From: Candidatus Altimarinota bacterium
GTDB taxonomy: Bacteria > Patescibacteriota > Gracilibacteria > UBA1369 > 2-02-FULL-48-14
DNA length: 64,000 nucleotides
Direction of reading: 5' to 3'
Assembly (NCBI GenBank): GCA_015485665.1
Contig: WFTC01000015.1
Location: 1,607-65,606 of the forward strand
Position numbers and translations under genes: made by a program. Shown here piece by piece: positions 57,083 to 64,000 of the stretch; within the stretch, counting starts at the first letter, position 1; each line of letters opens with the position of its first letter. The notes beneath the pieces are model-generated. The model did no database searches. It was given only the letters and a program-made list of their open reading frames with translations, and was not told the origin of the DNA.

Positions 57083-58380
57083 GATTGAGTCATCCAGTAA
57101 GCTTCTTGTCGTACCAATTTTTTGCGAGCATCTTTAGGGTATTTCATGCAAGCTTTCACTAAATGCTCCATACGAACGCCATTTTGAGAGCCTTTAGCGA
57201 GTACAACATCTTTTGAGGTAAGTAAAGGGCGCAAGAATTCTCCTGCTTTCAAGGAAGAATTAAAGGTATAGATTAAAGATGAAGACAAGCCACCACGCTT
57301 AGCACCTTCAGCAATTTCTTTAGCATGTGCACCAACGGCAATCACCATGTCAGCAACTTTGGCTGCTTGTTTACCCAATTTCAAATGTGCACCTTCACTT
57401 AATTCACCAAGTTCATTCATGTTTCCCAAGGCAGCTATCTTTCTACCTGAAAATCTTGATAAAACTTGTAAAGCTGCTTCCATGCTTGAAGGAGAAGCAT
57501 TATATGAACTGTCTATGATAAGCGAACCTTCTACTCCGGCAATTTTATTCATGCGTCCCGGTGGCAAGTGATATTCCTTCAGTGCTCTTTCAATGGAAGA
57601 CCAAGGCAGAGCTTGAATAAAGCCAACGGCCGCTGCCGCAAGTGCGGTGTTTACATGGCAATCTCCCAGCACATGTGGCATGAGTACATGCTTAATTTGT
57701 TGACCATAAACAATTTCAAAACTCAAACCTTCTTTAGTTGTTTCAATATTTTGAGCTCTTATGTCTGCAGGTTCATTTATTCCTATTGTAAGGCAAGAAG
57801 CCGGAATATGTCCGCATAATTGTTTTACAAGCGGATCATCCACATTCAGCACCGCCCATCCGGTTTTGGGAACTGCCACAACCGCTTTTGATTTTTCTTC
57901 ATAAACTTCTTGACGAGTTTTAAATTGCCCTTCTCCAACATGCACATCTTTAACATTCAAAAATACCATTATGTCAGGCACAAAGACTTTTAAAATTTCA
58001 TCCATATCACCAGGTTTGTCTACAGCCATTTCCATAACAAGAGCATCGTAGTGCTTGGGAGATTTAAAACTGTTTAAACAAGCTTTTAAAAATAGCCAAA
58101 ACCATGCGTAAGAGGAAGAATATGCTGTTTTTTGATCAAGTACCGTAAGTATGGCTCCAACTTCGGTATTGTAATTTTTTTGACTTCGTTTCAGTACAAA
58201 AGATTCAGATAAAACATTCGCAATAGATTCTTTTGTGCTGGTTTTTCCAACACTTCCCGTAACTCCAACAATCAGAGGCTTAACTATCTTTAAGCGACGT
58301 TTTGCAAGGAATCGAAGAAAGGTTATGCCATAGCTGCGAATCAAAGCTTTCATAGTATGATTATATAGGAATTCCACCAA
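57079..58380 (-). CDS. murF: UDP-N-acetylmuramoyl-tripeptide--D-alanyl-D-alanine ligase
   Basis: GVTGSVGKTSTKE P-loop, DSSYNASP, and a Mur-ligase C-domain. The true start may be the ATG at 58353 (MKALIRS...). Confidence 0.85.
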   Translation of the reverse strand: MVEFLYNHTMKALIRSYGITFLRFLAKRRLKIVKPLIVGVTGSVGKTSTKESIANVLSESFVLKRSQKNYNTEVGAILTVLDQKTAYSSSYAWFWLFLKACLNSFKSPKHYDALVMEMAVDKPGDMDEILKVFVPDIMVFLNVKDVHVGEGQFKTRQEVYEEKSKAVVAVPKTGWAVLNVDDPLVKQLCGHIPASCLTIGINEPADIRAQNIETTKEGLSFEIVYGQQIKHVLMPHVLGDCHVNTALAAAAVGFIQALPWSSIERALKEYHLPPGRMNKIAGVEGSLIIDSSYNASPSSMEAALQVLSRFSGRKIAALGNMNELGELSEGAHLKLGKQAAKVADMVIAVGAHAKEIAEGAKRGGLSSSLIYTFNSSLKAGEFLRPLLTSKDVVLAKGSQNGVRMEHLVKACMKYPKDARKKLVRQEAYWMTQS

Positions 58381-58420
58381 AAAGACTCATATTTTGATAG
58401 CTCTTTTCAGTGGAATGAAA

Positions 58421-58765
58421 TTATTTCACATCTTCAATGATGGCTTTGAAAACAGCAGGCTCATGAATAGCAAGCTCGGAAAGCATCTTACGATTCAATG
58501 CAATGCCTTTCTCAGCAAGTTTATTCATAAAGCTTGAATAGCTTAACCCTTCAGCTCGCACAGCTGCATTTATGCGTGCTATCCAGAGTCGGCGAAACTC
58601 CCTTTTTCTTGTGCGTCTATGCCTGTAAGCATGCATACCCGCTTTCGCCACTGCATTTTTTGCCTGACGGTAAAGATTGTTTCTGGACCCACGATAGCCT
58701 TTGGCTGCTTTTAAAACTTTATTGTGTTTGCGACGTTGGACTGTACCACGTTTTACACGTACCAT
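58421..58765 (-). CDS. rplT: 50S ribosomal protein L20
   Basis: The MVRVKRGTVQRRKHNKVLK start is canonical. Confidence 0.97.
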   Translation of the reverse strand: MVRVKRGTVQRRKHNKVLKAAKGYRGSRNNLYRQAKNAVAKAGMHAYRHRRTRKREFRRLWIARINAAVRAEGLSYSSFMNKLAEKGIALNRKMLSELAIHEPAVFKAIIEDVK

Positions 58766-58840
58766 AGGAATTTGTGGTTATTGGCGGTCCTTACAAGGCG
58801 GGGTTATGAATGCCCGGGACCTGCCGATTTATAAATATAT

Positions 58841-59053
58841 TCAGTTTGGAAGAAGCGTCTTAAACTTCTTTGACTCCCCTTTGGGGAGTTCTTGGCGAAG
58901 ACCGCCTTGAGCAAGCTGCCGTTTATTTTTTGGATTCAAACGATGATTATGGGCAGCTTTTTGGACCATAACTTTTCCGGTTGCACTAAGCTTTGTGCGC
59001 TTTTTCGCTCCACTGTGGGACCTTTGTTTACCGGCTTTTGCTTTTCCTGGCAT
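58841..59053 (-). CDS. rpmI: 50S ribosomal protein L35
   Basis: 70 aa, highly basic, MPGKAKAGK..SGAKKR..L..TGK. Its start overlaps the infC stop (TAATG). Confidence 0.9.
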   Translation of the reverse strand: MPGKAKAGKQRSHSGAKKRTKLSATGKVMVQKAAHNHRLNPKNKRQLAQGGLRQELPKGESKKFKTLLPN

Positions 59054-59562
59054 TACTTTAGGGGTGAAAGAATCATAAACATTTGATAACCTTGCTTTTT
59101 TGGCTCTTGATCACATTTGGCTACATCTACGAGAGCATCTTTAATGCTAAGCATTTTTTTCTTTGCTAGGTCATAATGTGTAACCTCTCGTCCGCGGAAA
59201 ATCAAGGCGACTTTGATGGAATTTCCCTGTTCAAGGAATTTTCTGGCACGCTTCACCTTAACTTCAATATCATGTTTATCCGTTCGCAAGCTGATTCTAA
59301 TTCCTTTTACTTCATTCTTCTTTTGCTTGGCACGATGTTTTTGATCTTGCTTCTTTTGGCGATAAAGATATTTCCCATAATCCATTAGACGGCAAACCGG
59401 AGGTTTTGCATTCGGAGAAACCTCCACAAGGTCAGTTTCAGCTTCCTTGGCAAGCTCTATGGCTTTTGAAATCCCCATAATCCCCATCTGTTTATCTTCA
59501 CCGCTAATTAACCGAACGGTTTTAGATTTAATTTCCTCGTTTTTTCGCAGCCGTTTCGCTAT
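59053..59562 (-). CDS. infC: translation initiation factor IF-3, probable non-AUG (AUA) start
   Basis: The conserved N-terminal segment NEEIKSKTVRLISGEDKQMG lies upstream of the first ATG. The frame is open only back to a TAA at 59577-59575. The only near-cognate start upstream of the conserved block is the ATA at 59562-59560. Confidence 0.8.
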   Translation of the reverse strand: MAKRLRKNEEIKSKTVRLISGEDKQMGIMGISKAIELAKEAETDLVEVSPNAKPPVCRLMDYGKYLYRQKKQDQKHRAKQKKNEVKGIRISLRTDKHDIEVKVKRARKFLEQGNSIKVALIFRGREVTHYDLAKKKMLSIKDALVDVAKCDQEPKKQGYQMFMILSPLK

Positions 59563-59653
59563 TTCTTGAGTAAGTTAAGTTTAAGCAAACCTGTAAAACA
59601 GGCTTTGAGATTCTATAAGCTTTTACCTGAAAAGTCAAATCCATATTGGATAT

Positions 59654-60265
59654 TCAAGTCATGGCTTGACGACCTTTTAATGCACGGATCAAAGTTGCAT
59701 CATCTGTATACTCCAAATGCCCACCTGAAGGAATACCGCGTGCAATACGTGACACGCTTACATTTTGCAGATTGGACATCTTTCTTTGCAGAAAAAGTGC
59801 AGTGGTATCCCCTTCAAGATTGGGGTTCAGAGCAAGAATTACTTCTTTTACAAGAGAATCTTCAGACTCCAAGCGCAGAAAAAGCTGGTCAATCGTCAGT
59901 TCTTGCGGACCGATTCCGTCCAAAGGAGAAAGTTTGCCTTGTAGCACATGATAAAGTCCTTTGTATTCTTTGGTTTTTTCAATTGCGATCATATCCAAGG
60001 TGCTTTCAACAACACAAAGCAAACTTGAGTCACGACCGGAATCTTTACATATTGCGCAATAAGTATCGCTTGTTAAGCAATGACACTGCTTACAGCGTTC
60101 AACTCCGGAATTTACTTTTATGATTGCTTCTCCAAGAGCTATGTTTCGCCTCTCATTTCTTTTCAGAATATAAAAAGCCAAACGTTGTGCACTTTTTGGA
60201 CCTATGCCGGGCAGCTGCGAAAGTTCATCAATCAGGCATGAAATGGATTCCGGTAAAAAATGCAT
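59654..60265 (-). CDS. recR: recombination protein RecR
   Basis: HhH LPGIGPKSAQRLAF, a Cys4 zinc finger CKQCHCLT...CAIC, and a Toprim domain. Confidence 0.95.
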   Translation of the reverse strand: MHFLPESISCLIDELSQLPGIGPKSAQRLAFYILKRNERRNIALGEAIIKVNSGVERCKQCHCLTSDTYCAICKDSGRDSSLLCVVESTLDMIAIEKTKEYKGLYHVLQGKLSPLDGIGPQELTIDQLFLRLESEDSLVKEVILALNPNLEGDTTALFLQRKMSNLQNVSVSRIARGIPSGGHLEYTDDATLIRALKGRQAMT

Positions 60266-60269
60266 GAAA

Positions 60270-60818
60270 TCAATTCTTATTCAATAAATTTAAAAATTCT
60301 TCCCGAGTGGAAGGGTGATCCTTAAAGAGTCCGTGTACTGAAGAGGTGCTTACCTTGCCATTTTGTTTTTTTATGCCTCGTGCCATCATGCACAGATGTT
60401 GAGCTTCCATAACAACAGCTACTCCTTTTGGCTGTAAAAGCGTCATCATACTTTTAGCTATTTGAGTGGTGAGCCGCTCTTGATTTTGAAGCCGTCTGCT
60501 GAAAATGTCCACAATTCGAGGTATTTTGGAAAGCCCAACAATTGTATCATTTGGAATATAGGCAATATGAGCCTTCCCGAAAAATGGCAGCATATGATGT
60601 TCGCACATGGAATAAAACTCTATATCCTTGCATAAAACCATATCATTGTAATCTTCATTTTTGAATGTGGTGATAAGTTGTGCTGGGTCTTTATCATATC
60701 CACTCAACAAATCTTCAAGCGCTAAAGCAACACGTTTTGGAGTATCTTGCAAGCCTTCCCTGTCTGGATTGGGGTCCAGACTTTCAATCAGTAAACGAAT
60801 AAGATTGTCTTTTCTCAT
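60270..60818 (-). CDS. folE: GTP cyclohydrolase I (FolE type 1)
   Basis: [20 protein letters not shown] and QNQERLT motifs. Confidence 0.9.
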   Translation of the reverse strand: MRKDNLIRLLIESLDPNPDREGLQDTPKRVALALEDLLSGYDKDPAQLITTFKNEDYNDMVLCKDIEFYSMCEHHMLPFFGKAHIAYIPNDTIVGLSKIPRIVDIFSRRLQNQERLTTQIAKSMMTLLQPKGVAVVMEAQHLCMMARGIKKQNGKVSTSSVHGLFKDHPSTREEFLNLLNKN

Positions 60819-60825
60819 GTGAAAT

Positions 60826-63800
60826 TTAATTCATGTAATGATGCCAAGGTTCAATTTTAAGATCGCCATTACGATAAGAGCCAAGAGTTTCAACCATCAT
60901 TTTTGCAACCTGCAAATTGGTAGTTAGGGGTATGTTATTATCTATTGTGAGACGCCTGATGTGATAACCTATTGTTTCTTCTTCATGTGAATAGTTGCGA
61001 GGGATATTTATAACCCAATCAACTTTTTTCTTGCGGATTATTGTATCATATTCAGTTTTATCTACAGATGTGACGGCAAGACCTTTTTCTTTCATTAGAG
61101 CTGCAGTTCCGGAAGTGGCATAGATTTTATAACCCATGTCAATCAATTGCTGAGCAGACTCAAGAAACTCCGCTTTATTTTCCAGCTTACCGATGGAAAG
61201 GAGTACAGCTTGATTTTGAGGTGTTTTAAATCCGGTTGATATCATAGCCTTAAGAAAGGCCTCATGGATATCACGACCAAAACAAGCAACTTCTCCGGTA
61301 GATGCCATTTCCACACTTAACACGGGGTCGGCACCCTTCAAACGTGAAAAGGAAAATTGAGGTGCTTTAACCCCAACATGATCCAAATCCACGGTTTTAT
61401 AAGCTTTCTTTTCAGCTATTCCAAGCATAGCTTCGCTTGCAATTTCAATGAAATTGTAGCCGCTGACTTTTGATGCAAAAGGAAAACTGCGACTTGCCCT
61501 CAGATTGCATTCAATCACTTTAATTCTACCTTTCTTAGCTAAAAATTGGATATTAAAAGGCCCGCTTATTTTCAATTCTTTTGCAATTTTCTTTGTAATA
61601 TCTTTGATGCGCCTTACGGTTTCAAGATAAAGTTTTTGAGCCGGAAGAACGATGGTTGCATCTCCGCTATGCACCCCTGCATGTTCAATATGTTCAGAGA
61701 TGGCATAAATAATCAGCTCGCCGTTTTGAGCTACGGCATCTATTTCAATTTCCTTTGCCCCAATTTCAAATTTGCTTATAACCACGGGAGCTTCTGTTGA
61801 GATTCGTGCCGCTTTATCCAAGTAAGCTTGAAGCTTTTCTTCATTGTGCGCTACAGCCATAGCTGCTCCAGAAAGTACATAAGAAGGACGAACAAGCACG
61901 GGGTACCCAACTTCATTGGCAAAAGAGAAAGCCTTTTGCGGGTCGGCAAAGTCTTTCCATCTTGGCTGATCAACACCAAGCTCATCCAGCATTTTAGAAA
62001 ATTTGTGTCTATCTTCGGCACGGTCAATACTTTTTGCGGATGTACCGAAGATGGGCACTTTGGCTTTGCTTAGCTTAATTACCAAAGTATTGGGTATTTG
62101 CCCGCCGGTAGATACAACAAGACCATTTGGGCTTTCCAAATCATAAATATCCAAAACTCGCTCTAAAGACAGCTCGTCAAAGTAGAGTTTATCGCAAGTA
62201 TCGTAATCTGTAGATACGGTTTCGGGATTATAATTTATCATAATTGTTTCATATCCTTCTGCGGCAAAACGCTTGCTTGCATTCACGCAAGACCAGTCAA
62301 ATTCCACGGAAGAGCCTATACAGTATGCGCCACTTCCAAGTACAATAGCTTTTTTATTGCCGCTAAAATCAACATCATGTTTATTTCCGTGATAAGTCAG
62401 ATAGAGGTAATTTGTTTTAGCGGGATATTCCGCTGCCATGGTGTCAATTTGCTTTACAACTGGTAACACTTGCAATTTTTTTCTTAGTGCTCGCACTTTC
62501 ATTTCATCTTGATAAGTGGCAATTGCGATTTGCTTATCGGAAAACCCATATCTTTTGGCGCTGCGCATGAGTGGCTCTTTTAATTCTTCACTTCTTAAAC
62601 GTTCACTCATATCCACAATATTTTTAAGCTTCCCCAAGAACCAAGGGTCTATACCGGACAGATCATGAATTTTTTGAATTGACCAGCCTTTATGTAAAGC
62701 TTCAGCTATGGCGAAAATTCTCTTTGGCGTAGGTTCGGCTATGGCATTTTTAAGGTTGTTTGTATCCAATCTCAATCTTTCATTTTCCGTGAGACCGATC
62801 ATGCCGATTTGCAACATACGCAAACCTTTTTGCACAACCTCTTCAAAACTGCGACCGAGAGCCATTATCTCGCCCACGGACTTCATTTCGCTTGTAATTT
62901 TATGAGATACCTTCCTGAATTTATCAAGGTCCCATCTTGGCATTTTCAGAGCCAAATAGTCCAGAGCCGGTTCAAAGCAGGCGGTTGTAACTCCGGTGAT
63001 TGAATTTTTTAGTTCCGGAAGAGAATAACCCAGTGCTAATTTTGCGGCAACATATGCAAGCGGATAACCAGTTGCTTTACTTGCAAGCGCCGAGCTTCGT
63101 GACAAACGTGCATTGACTTCAATTACACGATATTCTTCAGATTGCGGATCCAAAGCATATTGAATATTGCATTCGCCAACAATTCCAAGGTGGCGTATAA
63201 CCTTTAATGCCACTTCACGCAATTTGTGATATTCGGCATTGGTCAAAGTTTGAGATGGCGCAATCACAATGCTTTCTCCGGTATGAATTCCCAAAGGATC
63301 AAAATTCTCCATATTACAAACTGTAATGCAGTTGTCATAGGAGTCCCGCACAACTTCATATTCCACTTCTTTCCAGCCTTTTAAATTTTCATCTATCAAA
63401 ACTTGAGGAGAGTAAGCAAAAGAAGTCTCAAGCATTTTTTTCAGCTCTTTTTCATTGTGGCAAAATCCACTTCCCTTTCCTCCCAGTGCGAAAGCCGCTC
63501 GCACCAATACGGGGTAAGATATTTTTTCAGCTGCTTTCACAGCTTGTTTGATATTTGTACAGGCAAAACTTCGTGGCACTGCAACACCTATTTTTTTTAA
63601 AACATTGTTAAAAACTTCACGATCTTCCGTTTTTTCTATTGCTTTCACTGGAGTGCCGTAAACCTTCACATTATACTTTTCAAGTACGCCGCTGTTTTTG
63701 AGAGCCACGCCACAATTCAAAGCTGTTTGACCTCCAAAGCTCAGAAGTAGCCCATCAGGTTTTTCTTTTGCAATTACATGTTCAACAAATTCAGGCGTTA

Positions 63801-64000
63801 CAGGCAGGAAATAAACCGTATCGGCAAGACCTTTACTGGTTTGATTTGTAGCTATATTGGGATTTATCAAAACAACCTCAATACCCTCCTCTTTTAGAGC
63901 TTTTATTGCTTGCGATCCGGAATAATCAAACTCACCCGCTTCACCAATCTTTAACGCTCCCGACCCCAAGATCAGAACTTTTTTAGGTAGCTGAAGATTG
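60826..64000 (-). CDS. carB: carbamoyl-phosphate synthase large subunit (5' end outside window)
   Basis: Two ATP-grasp halves ([20 protein letters not shown] and [18 protein letters not shown]) and a C-terminal MGS-like domain. The frame is still open at position 64000 (..[14 protein letters not shown]). Confidence 0.95.
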   Translation of the reverse strand, partial: NLQLPKKVLILGSGALKIGEAGEFDYSGSQAIKALKEEGIEVVLINPNIATNQTSKGLADTVYFLPVTPEFVEHVIAKEKPDGLLLSFGGQTALNCGVALKNSGVLEKYNVKVYGTPVKAIEKTEDREVFNNVLKKIGVAVPRSFACTNIKQAVKAAEKISYPVLVRAAFALGGKGSGFCHNEKELKKMLETSFAYSPQVLIDENLKGWKEVEYEVVRDSYDNCITVCNMENFDPLGIHTGESIVIAPSQTLTNAEYHKLREVALKVIRHLGIVGECNIQYALDPQSEEYRVIEVNARLSRSSALASKATGYPLAYVAAKLALGYSLPELKNSITGVTTACFEPALDYLALKMPRWDLDKFRKVSHKITSEMKSVGEIMALGRSFEEVVQKGLRMLQIGMIGLTENERLRLDTNNLKNAIAEPTPKRIFAIAEALHKGWSIQKIHDLSGIDPWFLGKLKNIVDMSERLRSEELKEPLMRSAKRYGFSDKQIAIATYQDEMKVRALRKKLQVLPVVKQIDTMAAEYPAKTNYLYLTYHGNKHDVDFSGNKKAIVLGSGAYCIGSSVEFDWSCVNASKRFAAEGYETIMINYNPETVSTDYDTCDKLYFDELSLERVLDIYDLESPNGLVVSTGGQIPNTLVIKLSKAKVPIFGTSAKSIDRAEDRHKFSKMLDELGVDQPRWKDFADPQKAFSFANEVGYPVLVRPSYVLSGAAMAVAHNEEKLQAYLDKAARISTEAPVVISKFEIGAKEIEIDAVAQNGELIIYAISEHIEHAGVHSGDATIVLPAQKLYLETVRRIKDITKKIAKELKISGPFNIQFLAKKGRIKVIECNLRASRSFPFASKVSGYNFIEIASEAMLGIAEKKAYKTVDLDHVGVKAPQFSFSRLKGADPVLSVEMASTGEVACFGRDIHEAFLKAMISTGFKTPQNQAVLLSIGKLENKAEFLESAQQLIDMGYKIYATSGTAALMKEKGLAVTSVDKTEYDTIIRKKKVDWVINIPRNYSHEEETIGYHIRRLTIDNNIPLTTNLQVAKMMVETLGSYRNGDLKIEPWHHYMN

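Noticed and set aside
59566-60123. Plus-strand 185-aa ORF
   Set aside because: It is entirely antisense to recR and to the infC 5' end, both of which carry unmistakable motifs.
1-64000. Alternative genetic code (UGA recoding, as in Gracilibacteria/Absconditabacteria or Mycoplasma)
   Set aside because: Long conserved genes are intact under code 11. TGA terminates genes at conserved C-termini (smpB, rpmI). RF2 (prfB) is present.

Overview
This is an AT-rich, tightly packed chromosomal core segment with about 60 protein genes, one tRNA (Asp) and one tmRNA. I saw no transposase, integrase, phage gene, CRISPR array or recognisable defence island.

The code is the standard bacterial one: TGA is used as a stop (for example the smpB/nadE ATGA overlap) and an RF2 gene is present.

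Gene content is mostly housekeeping:
- Translation: pheS/pheT, efp, prfB, def, infC-rpmI-rplT, rpsP, smpB plus ssrA, hpf.
- Replication and repair: topA, dnaN, mfd, holB, recR, a 5'-3' exonuclease, HU, a DUF721/DciA-like gene.
- Division and cell wall: ftsA-ftsZ, a PBP1A-type synthase, murF, a FemAB-type transferase, a fused double Ddl, flippase and O-antigen-ligase-like membrane proteins.
- RNA decay: RNase J and RNase Y.
- Salvage and cofactors: hpt, nadE, folE, carB, a cysteine desulfurase, a PduO-type adenosyltransferase.

The combination of small or odd proteins (a T4SS-pilin-like protein, a giant secreted orphan, a FemAB-type transferase), low GC and lack of Shine-Dalgarno motifs fits an uncultivated small-genome lineage, possibly CPR/Patescibacteria or Peregrinibacteria-like. 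That placement is low confidence.

Loci worth a second look:
1. A multicopper oxidase operon with an uncharacterised Cys-motif membrane protein and a Met/Glu-repeat lipoprotein.
2. An ApbE / FMN-binding lipoprotein / RnfD-like minimal flavinylation module.
3. A five-gene operon containing a fused tandem D-Ala-D-Ala-ligase-type protein, a divergent UPRT-like protein and a UPF0489-like protein.
4. A 468-bp AT-rich candidate oriC with DnaA-box-like repeats upstream of dnaN but no dnaA beside it.
5. A hairpin-dense 350-nt non-coding region at the left end.

All product calls rest on motif recognition by eye. No homology search, RNA covariance model or skew calculation was run.
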